From Candidatus Cloacimonadales bacterium (GTDB lineage: Bacteria > Cloacimonadota > Cloacimonadia > Cloacimonadales > JAIOQZ01): DNA of 64,000 nt. Shown piece after piece: positions 18,526 through 29,804 of this stretch. The DNA lies in the NCBI GenBank assembly GCA_963662655.2, contig CAXXTU010000002.1, positions 1,568,001-1,632,000 on the forward strand. Direction: 5' to 3'. The notes below the pieces were generated by a model, which worked only from the letters and a program-made list of their open reading frames with translations, had not been told where the DNA came from and made no database searches. Position 1 is the first letter of the stretch. Each line of letters starts with the position of its first letter. Made by a program: the position numbers and the translations under genes.

Positions 18526-20151
18526 CTATTTTCCTGCCATCATAGCAGCCACGTCGTCTTCGACGGAGCCGATAGGTTTAATGTCGAAGTTTTCCACGAG
18601 CACCTTCGCGACGTTGGGCGAGAGGAACGCCGGCAGGGTTGGCCCGAGGCGGATTCCCTTCACGCCGAGGAAGAGCAGCGCGAGCAGCACCGCAACGGCC
18701 TTTTGTTCGTACCAGGCAATGTCGAAGGAGATGGGCAGGTCGTTGATGTCGTCGAGCCCGAAGACCTCCTTGAGCTTGAGGGCAATGACCGCGAGCGAAT
18801 AGGAGTCGTTGCACTGACCGGCATCCAGCACGCGCGGGATTCCTCCGATATCGCCCAGATCGAGCTTGTTGTAGCGATACTTGGCGCATCCTGCGGTGAG
18901 GATGACGGCGTCCTTGGGAAGCGCTTCCGCGACTTCGGTGAAATAGGTGCGAGACGGGAATCTGCCGTCGCAGCCGGCCATCACGACGAATCGTTTGATC
19001 GCTCCTGATTTGACTGCTTCCACGACCTTGTCCGCGAGCTGCATCACCTGATGATGCGCAAATCCGCCGACGATCTCGCCCTTCTCGATCTCAACGGGTG
19101 GCTTGCACTTCTTGGCCAGTTCGATGATTTCGGAGAAGTCCTTCCTGCCGCCCTCGGGACGGTTCGGGATGTGTTTCACGCCCGGGTAGCCGACGATCCC
19201 GGTGGTGAAGATGCGATCCTTGTACGAATCCTTTACCGGGACGATGCAGTTGGTGGTCATGAGGATGGGGCCGTTGAACGACTCGAACTCCTCGTTCTGT
19301 TTCCACCATGCGTTGCCGTAGTTGCCCACGAAGTGGTCGTATTTCTTGAATGCGGGGTAGTAGTTGGCGGGAAGCATTTCGCTGTGGGTGTAGACGTCCA
19401 CGCCGGTGCCTTCAGTCTGTTCGAGCAGTTCCTGCATGTCCTTCAGGTCGTGACCGGAGATGAGGATGCCGGGGTTGTTGCGGACGCCGATATTGACCTT
19501 CGTCAGCTCCGGATTGCCGTAGGTGGAGGTGTTTGCCTCGTCGAGGAGCGCCATGGTGTTGACTGCGACTTCGCCTGTCTTGAGGGTAAGTGCGATCAGA
19601 TCGTTGATGGGAATATCCTTCGTGGTGGCCGCCATCGCCTCAATGATGAAGCTGTAGATATCCGGATTCTCCTTGCCCAGCACGGCGGCGTGTTCGCCAT
19701 ACGCGCAGATGCCCTTGATTCCGTAGGTGATCAGCTCGCGCAGAGAGCGGACGTCTTCGTTTTCGGTCTGTAACACGCCGACAGTTTGCGACTTCGCGAT
19801 TATATCCGCTTCGTTGTCCGAATACCACGTGGCGCAGTCCGGTAGATCACTCGTGACGTTGAATTTCGACTTGAGGGATTCCCGCAGTTTGAGAGCGGCC
19901 TTGATCTGCTTTAAAAGATCGTCGCGGTCGAAATTGGCGTTGGTGATGGTCTTGAACATGGATTCCATGAAGAATTTGCCTGTGATTGAATCGACCGGAT
20001 GGCCCGATTTTTCCTGAATTACGGCTGCGCCCTTGAGCGTGTAGATCAATAAATCCATCATATCAGAGGTTTCCGCGGATTTTCCGCAGACACCCTTCGC
20101 GAAACGGCAACCCTTGTTGCCTGCATTTTCCTGACACTGGTAACAGAACAT
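18526..20151 (-). CDS. hcp: hybrid cluster protein (hydroxylamine/NO reductase)
   Basis: [46 protein letters not shown]. Confidence 0.97.
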   Translation of the reverse strand: MFCYQCQENAGNKGCRFAKGVCGKSAETSDMMDLLIYTLKGAAVIQEKSGHPVDSITGKFFMESMFKTITNANFDRDDLLKQIKAALKLRESLKSKFNVTSDLPDCATWYSDNEADIIAKSQTVGVLQTENEDVRSLRELITYGIKGICAYGEHAAVLGKENPDIYSFIIEAMAATTKDIPINDLIALTLKTGEVAVNTMALLDEANTSTYGNPELTKVNIGVRNNPGILISGHDLKDMQELLEQTEGTGVDVYTHSEMLPANYYPAFKKYDHFVGNYGNAWWKQNEEFESFNGPILMTTNCIVPVKDSYKDRIFTTGIVGYPGVKHIPNRPEGGRKDFSEIIELAKKCKPPVEIEKGEIVGGFAHHQVMQLADKVVEAVKSGAIKRFVVMAGCDGRFPSRTYFTEVAEALPKDAVILTAGCAKYRYNKLDLGDIGGIPRVLDAGQCNDSYSLAVIALKLKEVFGLDDINDLPISFDIAWYEQKAVAVLLALLFLGVKGIRLGPTLPAFLSPNVAKVLVENFDIKPIGSVEDDVAAMMAGK

Positions 20152-20161
20152 GTATTCCTCC

Positions 20162-20977
20162 TTATTTGATTTGTCCGTCGATGGTTACGATGTTGAGCTT
20201 TACGAATAGAATCTTGCCTGCAAGTTCAAGCGCTTTGCGAACGATCATCTCGGTTCCGCCGCAGCAGGGAACCTCCATTCGCACGATGGTGATGGACTGG
20301 ATGTCCTGATTTCTGAAAATCTCCGCCAGCTTTTCGATGTACTGGTCAAGTCCCTTGTCCAGCTTGGGACAAAATGTTATTACGACTTTGCCGTTCATGA
20401 ACTTATGGTGAAAATCCGCATAGGCATAAGGTACGCAATCCGCGCTGATCAACAAGTCGGCTTTTTTCAAGTACGGCGCGGAAGGGTTGAGCAGATGAAG
20501 CTGTACCGGCCAGGTGCGCAACAGGGACGGCATCTCGCGCGGCTCAATTTTTTTTTGCTCAGCTTCGATCTTTTTCGCCGCGCTACCGGGGCACCCTCCT
20601 TCAACGCTGCACGACTTGTTTTCGAGCTCGGGAATCGCAACTCCGCGCTCCCTGAGGCTTTCCAGCGCTTGCGAAAGGTACACCAGTTCACCGTGATCCT
20701 TCAGGTGCTGGAGGTGCGCCTTGATTGTGGCGGGACCCGCTTCGATGATGTAGGGCAGCACCTTCCGCTCGTCGTATGGCTCCGCCTCGCGTTCCTCGAT
20801 CGAGATCGCACCCAACGGGCACTCTCCGATGCACGCGCCCAGACCGTCACACAAGTAATCCCCTACCAGACGGGCCTTGCCGTCGATGAGCTGCAGCGCG
20901 CCTTCCGGGCAACCCGGGATGCAGGCTCCGCAGCCGTTGCATTTGCTTTCGTCTATCGTGATAATCTCTCGTTTCAT
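20162..20977 (-). CDS. 4Fe-4S dicluster protein (hcp-associated)
   Basis: [51 protein letters not shown]. Confidence 0.88.
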   Translation of the reverse strand: MKREIITIDESKCNGCGACIPGCPEGALQLIDGKARLVGDYLCDGLGACIGECPLGAISIEEREAEPYDERKVLPYIIEAGPATIKAHLQHLKDHGELVYLSQALESLRERGVAIPELENKSCSVEGGCPGSAAKKIEAEQKKIEPREMPSLLRTWPVQLHLLNPSAPYLKKADLLISADCVPYAYADFHHKFMNGKVVITFCPKLDKGLDQYIEKLAEIFRNQDIQSITIVRMEVPCCGGTEMIVRKALELAGKILFVKLNIVTIDGQIK

Positions 20978-21005
20978 TTTATCTCCACTGTGCTTTTTGC
21001 ATTTT

Positions 21006-21026
21006 TGTTTGTGAATACTCACTAAC
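21006..21026. promoter_or_regulatory. putative TetR operator upstream of the 4Fe-4S-hcp operon
   Basis: TGTTTGTGAATACTCACTAAC; 19/21 match to the reverse complement of 21700-21720. Confidence 0.6.
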
Positions 21027-21067
21027 TCTTTTTATTATACAAATATGTAGCGCTTTCCATTTCATTT

Positions 21068-21649
21068 TCAGCTTTTCAAAAGGGTTCGCAGTGATTGAAT
21101 CAAGGAATGTCCCTCTTCCACCAGATCGAACCGGTTCCCTTCGAGAATCCAGCGCGTTACCAGCAAGCGCAGGGCTCCCACGGTGATCATGAAGATGTGG
21201 TCGAAGGCGATGTCGTTGCGAAGTTGTTTGCTTTCGGAGGCTTCCTGCAGCGCTCCGCGGATGAAAACGCGGTGCTGCTTCATCATGGCGAGCATCATTC
21301 CCGCGAGTTCCTCTTCCATGCTGAAGTTCGATTCGTTCATCAGGACTTTCGCCCAGGTCGGGTGCGTGGTGAAGTAGTGGAACCGCATCGCGAAGAACGC
21401 GTCCAGCTTGTCGATTCCCGCCAGGCTCCGATGCTCGATCTCCTCATGAATCTCTCGCATCCGCTCATCGAAGCAGCGAATGATGGTCGCGAGGATATCC
21501 TTCTTGCTTTCGAAGTGGCGATACACCGCCGGTTCGGTGAAGCCGATCGCCTTCGCGAGGTTCTTGATCGTCAAATTCTGCACGTCGCGGGTGGCGATGA
21601 GCTCCACCGCCTTTTCGATGATCTCTGTCTGTCGTTCGGTCAGTTCCAT
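21068..21649 (-). CDS. TetR/AcrR family transcriptional regulator
   Basis: TERQTEII..A..LI...LTIKNLAKAIGFTEPAVYRHFESK. Confidence 0.93.
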   Translation of the reverse strand: MELTERQTEIIEKAVELIATRDVQNLTIKNLAKAIGFTEPAVYRHFESKKDILATIIRCFDERMREIHEEIEHRSLAGIDKLDAFFAMRFHYFTTHPTWAKVLMNESNFSMEEELAGMMLAMMKQHRVFIRGALQEASESKQLRNDIAFDHIFMITVGALRLLVTRWILEGNRFDLVEEGHSLIQSLRTLLKS

Positions 21650-21699
21650 TTATACTCCACTTTCGCTGTTTCGTTTTCACTTCGTGAAAGCCGAACGCT

Positions 21700-21720
21700 G
21701 TTAGTTAGCATTCACAAACA
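21700..21720. promoter_or_regulatory. putative TetR autoregulatory operator
   Basis: GTTAGTTAGCATTCACAAACA upstream of tetR, between a minus-strand TTGACA (about 21748) and the start codon. Confidence 0.6.
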
Positions 21721-21891
21721 AGATATTCCAGAACGCTCGGGATGTCAAATAGTTTTTTTCCCGGCTGCTGTATTACGCGCTATGCAATGCCCGGCAATCT
21801 ACAGCCATGGCTTTGTAACAGCCTGCGCCGAAAATACATTGACACATGAATCCCCCGCATTAAGAAAAGGAAAACGTATTGGAGAGATGAT

Positions 21892-23634
21892 ATGGCGGAG
21901 TGGGTAAGATATGAGGTGGGCAAACGTGTGCACAGACCACATTCAAGAATTTCAGATAGGAAGCAATTTGAATATCGTATTGAAGTACTTTTCATTAATG
22001 AAGATGGCGATATTGTTGAGAACAAGAAGTATTCTTTAGCATCAAATAAAGATATCCAGAAAGATATCCAAGCAGGAAAAGACATCAACCTAACACATTG
22101 TTTCATAGAGAGATTATCTATAGGACTAAGCGAGAAAGACATATTGTATGAAAACCATATAGATATTAAGAGTATTATAGCTGTCGACTCCTTTTTTGAT
22201 AACGGGATTAAGCTCTCAGGTGCACATATACAAGGTCTCGTTTCTTTCAGCTATTCTCGATTTGGTTACGGCATAAAAGAGTTTGAAAGAATGGTTTTCA
22301 AAAAGGGAGTCAGTTTTAGCCAGACTCATTTCTTTGATGGCCCAATATCATTCTATAAGACAGAGTTTTATGGGAAAATGATTCAATTTAATGGCATGGA
22401 TTATGGAGACGGAAATATAAACTTTTCCAATACTACCATAAAATGCGACGGCTTCGATATGAGCTATGCAAAATTTCTTCATGGCCACATTTCATTTAAA
22501 TTCTCCAAACTAAACTGCAGCAATATATATTTTACAAACATAGATTTTGGCATTGGCAATGTGATATTCGATTTTGCTATTTTCGATGCACCTCTCGTGT
22601 CTTTTAGTGAATCTATATTCGATAGCGGATTTATAAGTTTTGATACAACCGAGTATAAAGGCAAGCTGTTGGATTTTACTCGAACAGAATTCACAAATAG
22701 TAAATTGAATTTCAGGGGAGGTGATTTCGATAACTCCAGCATTAACTTCCACCTGACCAGTTTTACTGACTGCAAGCTTGAAATGTATCAGTTTGCTATT
22801 AATTACGGCGACGCAGTCTTCAGAGGAGTTACCTTAAACAATTCTATAATTAATATCCAATCCTCATTTATCAAGCTAATCATTATTGATTCATTAATGT
22901 TAAATAACCCCGCGAGCCTTAAAGATTCAAATTTCAATTATGTCAAAATGACCAATTGTACATTCTATGATATAATAGATCTTACAAACACAACAATTGA
23001 CACCCTCATACTTCAGGACTGTCTGAACCTCGGATGCCTGAAAATCAAATGGAAAGAAAACAACCTTGAAAAAGCAATTGAATCACTTATTGATTACAAG
23101 GAATGCAGCAACCAACACCACCGCGCCGCCGAAACCGCCCTCCTCCTGAAAGAAAACTTCCGTAAGATGGGGCGATACGAGGACGAGGATTGCGCGTATT
23201 ATACCTATATGAAGCATCAAATACGATACGAATATCTTGAAGGAAAGAAAGATAAGCATCGTATCTGGAATTGGACGAAATTCCAGTTCAAGAAATGGAT
23301 TTATGAAAGACTGGGTGGGTATGGTACAAAACCATTCAATATCTTCGTATCAATGCCGTTTGCTATCGGCGCATTTGCGGCAATTTATTGGTACGTAGTT
23401 TCAAAATGCCATCTTGGGTCTACGGCTTTCAAAGATGTTACATTGACAGATTACAGTCTGGAAACATTTACTCAAATGCTCTACTACAGCGCAATTACTT
23501 TTCTTACAATTGGGTATGGAGATTTCTCACCGATCAATCCCTGTATTCGCGCCCTGGCCAGCTTCGAAGGGCTGATTGGGCTGCTGCTGATATCCTACTT
23601 CACAATCGCGTTTTCACGTAAGGTCCTGCGCTAG
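21892..23634 (+). CDS. pentapeptide-like repeat protein with C-terminal two-TM potassium-channel (Ion_trans_2-like) domain
   Basis: Repeated xxF.xxxF beta-helix pattern; GYGTKP, LYYSAITFLTIGYGDFSP, ASFEGLIG; AT-rich. Confidence 0.8.
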   Translation: MAEWVRYEVGKRVHRPHSRISDRKQFEYRIEVLFINEDGDIVENKKYSLASNKDIQKDIQAGKDINLTHCFIERLSIGLSEKDILYENHIDIKSIIAVDSFFDNGIKLSGAHIQGLVSFSYSRFGYGIKEFERMVFKKGVSFSQTHFFDGPISFYKTEFYGKMIQFNGMDYGDGNINFSNTTIKCDGFDMSYAKFLHGHISFKFSKLNCSNIYFTNIDFGIGNVIFDFAIFDAPLVSFSESIFDSGFISFDTTEYKGKLLDFTRTEFTNSKLNFRGGDFDNSSINFHLTSFTDCKLEMYQFAINYGDAVFRGVTLNNSIINIQSSFIKLIIIDSLMLNNPASLKDSNFNYVKMTNCTFYDIIDLTNTTIDTLILQDCLNLGCLKIKWKENNLEKAIESLIDYKECSNQHHRAAETALLLKENFRKMGRYEDEDCAYYTYMKHQIRYEYLEGKKDKHRIWNWTKFQFKKWIYERLGGYGTKPFNIFVSMPFAIGAFAAIYWYVVSKCHLGSTAFKDVTLTDYSLETFTQMLYYSAITFLTIGYGDFSPINPCIRALASFEGLIGLLLISYFTIAFSRKVLR

Positions 23635-23649
23635 CGGCCACCCGGCGCT

Positions 23650-23831
23650 CCACACGCAGATTCGTTCGATCGTGAGCGGAATCGTGGTGTTTCACACCCG
23701 ATTTTCGGCTTTCGTGCAACGAATACGAGATCTTCGAACGAAAGTCAATCGCGGAGCGAAAATACGAGAGTGGATGATCGGGTGTGGTATATCCACGATG
23801 GAGCGAGGGATCGGGCGAAGGTGCGTAGTGG
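23650..23831 (+). repeat. dispersed covarying hairpin element, copy 4
   Basis: CAGATTCGTTCGATC..atcgtGGTGTTTCACacccgatt...gatcgggtGTGGTATATCCacgat..GATCGGGCGAAGGTGC; middle stem partly unpaired. Confidence 0.85.
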
Positions 23832-23899
23832 CAACCACCCCGCAGCAATCAACTCCCTTCCCCCATCCTGCTAATCGTGCGAATCGTGTGAATCGTGAT

Positions 23900-24682
23900 T
23901 CAAACCCCTCCCCTGAACGTGTCCCACGCGATCTTCACAAACAGCAGCGCCAGTACAGCGATAAACACGGGGCGAATCACTCTTCCGCCCTTCTTCAGTA
24001 CAAAGCTCGATCCCACAACGTTCCCGCTAACTCCCGCGACCATCGCCGGGATCCCCACGTAGAACAACACCTTGCCGGCGATCAGGAACGAAATGAGCGC
24101 TGCCACATTGGAAGCGAGATTCACCACCTTGGTGTTGGCGTTCGCGGTAATGAAATCGTACTTCAGCATGACCGTGTAGAACAGGATCAGAAAGGAACCC
24201 GTCCCCGGACCGAAGAAGCCATCGTAAAACCCGACTACGAATCCCGCAAGCATCGCGAGCTGAATGCGCTTCCGGCGCGAGATTTTCCCCGAGTGGTTCT
24301 CATGCCCGAGCTTGCGATTCATCAGGTAAAGCACCGTCACGACGGGAAGCATCACCAGCAAAATGTAGCGCAGGAAACCCGGATCGAGAACCAGCACCGT
24401 ACGAGATCCGGAGAAGGAACCAACCAGCGCAAACACAGCGCTCAGCACCGCGATACGCACATCGATAAGACCGTGTTTGAGATAGCGCGCGGTTGAAAAG
24501 AGGGTTCCGAACATCGAGGAGAACTTGTTGGTTCCCAGCACATAATGCGGCGGAAGCCCGGCTGCCATGTACGCGGGAACGGTCAGGAGTCCCCCGCCTC
24601 CTGCAATGGAATCAACGATTCCCGCCAGGAAGACGAGCGGAAGAACAATCAGATAGATTTGAAACAGTTCAGGCGGTATCAT
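23900..24682 (-). CDS. TSUP/TauE-SafE family transporter
   Basis: AGIVDSIAGGGGLLTVP, GTNK, GFYDGFFGPGTGSF, KVVNLASN. Confidence 0.92.
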   Translation of the reverse strand: MIPPELFQIYLIVLPLVFLAGIVDSIAGGGGLLTVPAYMAAGLPPHYVLGTNKFSSMFGTLFSTARYLKHGLIDVRIAVLSAVFALVGSFSGSRTVLVLDPGFLRYILLVMLPVVTVLYLMNRKLGHENHSGKISRRKRIQLAMLAGFVVGFYDGFFGPGTGSFLILFYTVMLKYDFITANANTKVVNLASNVAALISFLIAGKVLFYVGIPAMVAGVSGNVVGSSFVLKKGGRVIRPVFIAVLALLFVKIAWDTFRGGV

Positions 24683-24802
24683 ACGGTTTTTCGATTGAAA
24701 TGCCGTAGATTCATTGGATACATCAATCGGATAATTCTCTCTAAAAACAATTTCCGTCTCCTCTATTTTCCTATCTCATGATTTGCCAAAGCGGAAATTG
24801 TG

Positions 24803-25768
24803 TCATTCATCGGTTTCGGGCGAAGGCGGAAGGTCGTACTTCTCTTCGGGAGAAGCCTTTGCCCCCGGCTTTCCTTCCGGGATATTGTTGTAAAAACGCG
24901 TGGTGGGATAGGCGAAATCAATATCCGGGCACTTGGCGAACTCATCGAGTATTTCCTCCCAGATTCGCTCGCTGGTTCCCCTGCGGCTGCGTACCTTTGT
25001 CAGATAACGTAGCGTCAGGAGCACACCGCTGTCTTCCACCGATGTATATACGATCGGCGTAAGATTCTTATAGAATATCATGTATTTCTTTGCCGCAAGC
25101 TGTATTTGCTTCGAGACATCCTTGCTGATATCCTTGGAATGCCTAACGATAATATCCGTGAGAATATTCTTTGCCTTCCTCCAGTTACTCTCGAATGTGA
25201 CCAGCACAGGAATTTCGTTCCAGATGTAGTCAAATCCCTTCTGATAATTGGAAAGCGGTTGCTGGAAGACCAATCCGTTGGGAATGTTGATCATACGCCC
25301 GGTACTTTGGTCGGCGTGCACCCAGTTACCGATTTCCAAAATCGTGAACATGAACGGGGCCTGATCGATCACATCGCCGGCAAAATCGCCAATCTGGATG
25401 CGGTCTCCAACGCGGAATGGCGTGCGACTGATGATGAAAATCCAGCCCGCGAGATTCACCAGAAAGTCTTTTAGGGCAATCGCGACACCTGCTGATAGAA
25501 GCCCGAAGAAAGTTGCCAGAGATTGCATCCCCGCGAACCATTGCCTGCCAATCAGGAGCAGTCCGATAAACATGGTGAAATAGGATACTGTTTTTCGCCA
25601 GTTGTAGCGGGTTTTAATGTCCGTAATTCTTGAGAGAAGAAGGTGATTGATAATTATACGAACAATAGTTAATAGTAGAATGATCAGAATCGAGATGATC
25701 AATTTGGTCATCGAGGATTCGTCAAACTTCAGAAAAATTTGTTGCGCTTCCTTCAGAAATTGCGTCAT
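24803..25768 (-). CDS. MscS family mechanosensitive channel
   Basis: GLLSAGVAIALKD..N...PFRVGDRIQIG...GDV...IPN. Confidence 0.9.
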   Translation of the reverse strand: MTQFLKEAQQIFLKFDESSMTKLIISILIILLLTIVRIIINHLLLSRITDIKTRYNWRKTVSYFTMFIGLLLIGRQWFAGMQSLATFFGLLSAGVAIALKDFLVNLAGWIFIISRTPFRVGDRIQIGDFAGDVIDQAPFMFTILEIGNWVHADQSTGRMINIPNGLVFQQPLSNYQKGFDYIWNEIPVLVTFESNWRKAKNILTDIIVRHSKDISKDVSKQIQLAAKKYMIFYKNLTPIVYTSVEDSGVLLTLRYLTKVRSRRGTSERIWEEILDEFAKCPDIDFAYPTTRFYNNIPEGKPGAKASPEEKYDLPPSPETDE

Positions 25769-26943
25769 TCATTTAATCCTTTAACAGCCCATTTAAGCCT
25801 GTCCAATGCCGTTATCAGCACACTCGCCGGACACGCGAAATTCAGCCGGGCGAATCCGCTGCCGTTCGTCCCGAAAATGGTTCCCGGATCGTGAGCGATC
25901 TTCGCCTTTTCAAACCAGAATTTCTCGAGCTCTGCATCGGTTAGCCACAGTGCACGGCAATCCAGCCACGCCAGATAGGTGCCTTCCGGTTCGATCAGCT
26001 TGATCTGAGGGATGTTTTCTTGCAAGTACTCGCGAATGATTTTCAAATTGTTCCGCAAATAGTCAAGCAATTGTTCCAGCCATTCCTCGCCCTCTTCGTA
26101 AGCTTTCTCGAGCCCCAGCGTCCCGTAAAGGTTGCCGATATACACGCCGGTCTGGAACCTTACTTGGTCGAACTTCTCGCGCATTTCTCCATTCGGAATA
26201 ACGATGAAAGATGTCGAGAGCCCCGCCAGATTGAAGGTCTTGCTGGGAGCATAGCAACTGATGGTGTTGCTTTTGAAGCGTTCGTCGAGCGTCGCCAGCG
26301 ACCGGTAGCGATGGGGCTTGAAGACGATGTCGTAATGTATGTCATCGGAGATAACCGGCACATTGTGAGCGAGGCACAGCTCTCCAAACTTCCGTAGCTC
26401 TTCTTCTGTCCAAACACGCCCCACCGGGTTATGCGGATTGCACAAGATTGCCAGGGAAATGCCTTGACTCAGCTTCGCTTCCATATCCGCGAAGTCCATT
26501 TCGTAGCGGTCAATGTCGTTGATGAGCGGATTCTCGACCACTACGCGTCCGTTGGCCTCGATTACCTCGAAGAAGGGGCGGTACACCGGCGTCTGTATCA
26601 GAACGCGATCCCCGGGGTTTGTATAAGCTATAATGCTGAACGCAAGCGCTGGGATCACGCCCGGAGTTGTTGAAATCCATTCCTTTTCTACCGCCCATCC
26701 ATGCCGGCGGTTCATCCACCCGATGATTGCCTTGTAGAAGGAATCCGTGTTTCCAGAATATCCGAAAATCCCATGCCGGGATCGCTCCACAAGCGCGTTG
26801 ATAACCGGCTGCGGGCAGAGAAAATCCATGTCCGCCACCCACATTGGAAGCGCGTCGCCACACCCCAGAAACGCATGGGCGAAATCCCACTTGATCGATG
26901 CGGTGTCGCGACGCTCTATAATTTGATCAAAATCGTATTTCAA
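25765..26943 (-). CDS. MalY/PatB family PLP-dependent C-S lyase (cystathionine beta-lyase)
   Basis: PMWVADMDF, LCNPHNPVGRVW, SDDIH, SKTFNLAG, EGTYLAWLD, RLNFACP. Confidence 0.92.
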   Translation of the reverse strand: MKYDFDQIIERRDTASIKWDFAHAFLGCGDALPMWVADMDFLCPQPVINALVERSRHGIFGYSGNTDSFYKAIIGWMNRRHGWAVEKEWISTTPGVIPALAFSIIAYTNPGDRVLIQTPVYRPFFEVIEANGRVVVENPLINDIDRYEMDFADMEAKLSQGISLAILCNPHNPVGRVWTEEELRKFGELCLAHNVPVISDDIHYDIVFKPHRYRSLATLDERFKSNTISCYAPSKTFNLAGLSTSFIVIPNGEMREKFDQVRFQTGVYIGNLYGTLGLEKAYEEGEEWLEQLLDYLRNNLKIIREYLQENIPQIKLIEPEGTYLAWLDCRALWLTDAELEKFWFEKAKIAHDPGTIFGTNGSGFARLNFACPASVLITALDRLKWAVKGLNE

Positions 26944-26978
26944 TCCGATACCTCTTTCATTTCATTTCATGGGGTATC

Positions 26979-27533
26979 TCACTCAACCTCCTGATACCTG
27001 TCAACAAAAACGAATTCGTTAAGCGGCTTTCTTGGCGCACGCGTTTCTTCTTCCTCTTTCCGCTTTGGATTACCGGAGAGATCGGCCTTTTTCCCAAAAC
27101 ACACCAGCGTAATGACATTGTAGTCACCCGGGATTTTCAGCACTTCACGCACCTTTCTCGGGCTATATCCGGCTATCGCATGAGCCACAAGTCCCAATTC
27201 CGTCGCACGAAGCATCATGAAACCCGCGCTCAGTCCGGTGTCGAAGAGGTAATACTCGCGATCGTGGATAACGCAGTCGTCCTCTTTCTTGCTGAACACC
27301 GCCGCGACCATCGAGGCGTCATGGCACCACTCGTTACCCTGTGAATAAACGGATTTCATCTCATCCAACACTCTCGGATCCCTCACGAATACGTAGCGCC
27401 AGGGCTGATTGTTGTAGCACGAAGGCGCTAATTGCGCCGCTTCCGACAAGTGCCGGATCATCTCGTCGGTGATTTCCACCTGCTCAAGCGCCCGATGCGA
27501 TTTCCTTGTATGTATTGCATCTATAACTGACAT
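26979..27533 (-). CDS. nitroreductase family protein
   Basis: IHTRKSHR, APSCYNNQPWRY, DTGLSAGFMMLRATELGL. Confidence 0.9.
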   Translation of the reverse strand: MSVIDAIHTRKSHRALEQVEITDEMIRHLSEAAQLAPSCYNNQPWRYVFVRDPRVLDEMKSVYSQGNEWCHDASMVAAVFSKKEDDCVIHDREYYLFDTGLSAGFMMLRATELGLVAHAIAGYSPRKVREVLKIPGDYNVITLVCFGKKADLSGNPKRKEEEETRAPRKPLNEFVFVDRYQEVE

Positions 27534-28247
27534 CGCTTCCTCCATTAATTTCGTTACATATTTCATTTATTTGATAGTATAACATTTTTCTAGAAAATGC
27601 AATCGTTTTCTGCTCCGATATAGAAAATCAACCTGCGCTCAGAGCGATGAAAGGTATAAGCCTGATATAGTCCAAAGAAAATTGCTTATCGTTTTTCAGC
27701 TGAGGACAATCGAGGAAATGCCCAGGATTCACCTATCCAACCCTACATCATCATTGATGGTTATAGCTGCAAGTGCACCACAGAAAATCCTTGACAGACA
27801 AGCTATATGTCACTTGCTGAGTAAAATGCATGTGAAAGCATGTTGTTTACTGGGTGCATTAGAATATGTGCCTTGCCCTATTTGAAGGGACACCAGTCCT
27901 TTGAAAGGATAGCCTTGCTTAATGAAATATTCTCATTATTACGCTTCTAGTGATGAGGAGATAAAAAATTCAAGCGCCACACTCTTACACCCTTGATGAT
28001 GGTCTTGCATATAAGACAAATCCCAGCGCTACATTTAAAAGTTTGAAACAAGGCCGAGCAGAGGATGATTAGATTGAAAATTCTTTTGAAGCATTCTACA
28101 ATGAACAGATTGCACAAGTAATTGTTTGGCAACAAGGTATGCTTTCATTTTGAATACATTGCTCAAAACAATCATAACAACATTGAAAACAGTTGATTTC
28201 AGTATTGATGTGCTGGATGATCCCGTTTATTCAGGAGGACATGGAAA

Positions 28248-29804
28248 ATGAATTTCAGCAGCAAAGTTCTGTATTCTTCTATTATTCTGGCATGTATCTT
28301 ATTCACCATCGCCGTCGTTTATGCATCCTGGAATGGGACAACCAATCGTCATGATGACAATTGGTATGTAAAGAACATGGATCATTTTGTAAAAACTGGC
28401 AAAATGGACAGTAACCAGATTTTCCCAATTACAATAGTAAAGGACCGAACAGCCCCCCCACCTTTTATGCATAAGATTCCAACAACGATCATCGTTATAC
28501 CCTTTATCTTCGCTTTTGGAAAATGGTGGGGCTGGATTATAGCCCATATATTCTATTCCTTGTTAACGGGTTTTCTTATTAGTCGCATTGTACTGAAGCT
28601 TTCTGATTCTCAATACAGGAATTACCTTTCCGCAGCAACCTTCATTCTCTATATTATTTTCGTAAACACAATCTACGTCACCTCCCATGCACTAAGCGAG
28701 GTATCAATAACGGCTTGCTTAGTCGTATTCCTCTATCTTTTTTTGTTCTCGAAACGCTCTGTCGTTACCGTTGTTTTGTTTGGTTTGTTGGCAGCGCTAT
28801 GCACGAACAGTCGTTCGAATTTACTCGTTCTGAGTTTCCTGATAGGTTTTACGTTCCTATTTGACCCTGAATACTCCTGGAAACGTAGATTAGCCATATT
28901 TGCTATTTATTTTGTAAGCTACTACTTGTCTTCTAAAGCCATAAGCGCAAGTCTGGATAAGCTTCAAATAGGCATGCTTCCGATTATCTTCAGGCCCGGA
29001 CAAGGCGATAACATGTCTCATTATTTTGCGATAAACGGGGAAGCAAATACATTAATTGAAGTCCTGAAAAATTCTGTCACATATTTGCAGTATCAGTTCA
29101 TTGGAAAAAGTCTTCAGCACTTCCTATTCTTGTTCTTCCCAAATCTGTTTATCATCTGGGCAATAACTCAAATCCCCAGACATGAACAAGCAATTGTTAC
29201 GAGGCTGAAACATTTTGTAATACTAATGATCATTGGCCACCTTGCACTTATCTTTGTATTCCAGATACAATATCGCTACATCCAGATCATTTATCCGGCA
29301 ATTCTCGCATTCTTTATGGTAACCTTCCCGTTTGGCAAGTTCAAGAAGTATGCATCAATTGCATTAGTTTTATATGTCCTCATCAATATTGGCGCAGGCG
29401 GCCTTTATGCAAGGAAAAACAATCAAGAAGCCTTGGAATCAGCAAAAATAAATTCAGAATATTCGCAATTGCTGGAGAAGATGGATGATGACTTAAATCT
29501 GATCACGAATTGTTCGCCGTTAGTTCTTGCAAATACCTGTACTGACAGAAATATCATCCTGTTCAGGGACCAATATAACAGACAGAATATCGTGGATTGG
29601 GTTGACAGATTCAATTGCGGATGGGGCCTAATAAGAAGTTCAGATGCATTCGATGCTTTGAAGGAGACTTACCAAGTCATCCTTATAGATGAACAGCAAA
29701 TTGATAGTCGTACTGTATACCTTTATCAGTTTATCAAGAAGCAAACGCCATCTATCGACGATGCAAACGCATACGAAGTCGATGCCTCTTCTGTTGGCCA
29801 ATGA
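28248..29804 (+). CDS. polytopic membrane protein, probable GT-C glycosyltransferase (ArnT/PMT-like)
   Basis: TM followed by an HDD loop, many TM helices, LSE and ..RY..Y.P motifs; AT-rich; AGGAGG RBS. Confidence 0.55.
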   Translation: MNFSSKVLYSSIILACILFTIAVVYASWNGTTNRHDDNWYVKNMDHFVKTGKMDSNQIFPITIVKDRTAPPPFMHKIPTTIIVIPFIFAFGKWWGWIIAHIFYSLLTGFLISRIVLKLSDSQYRNYLSAATFILYIIFVNTIYVTSHALSEVSITACLVVFLYLFLFSKRSVVTVVLFGLLAALCTNSRSNLLVLSFLIGFTFLFDPEYSWKRRLAIFAIYFVSYYLSSKAISASLDKLQIGMLPIIFRPGQGDNMSHYFAINGEANTLIEVLKNSVTYLQYQFIGKSLQHFLFLFFPNLFIIWAITQIPRHEQAIVTRLKHFVILMIIGHLALIFVFQIQYRYIQIIYPAILAFFMVTFPFGKFKKYASIALVLYVLINIGAGGLYARKNNQEALESAKINSEYSQLLEKMDDDLNLITNCSPLVLANTCTDRNIILFRDQYNRQNIVDWVDRFNCGWGLIRSSDAFDALKETYQVILIDEQQIDSRTVYLYQFIKKQTPSIDDANAYEVDASSVGQ

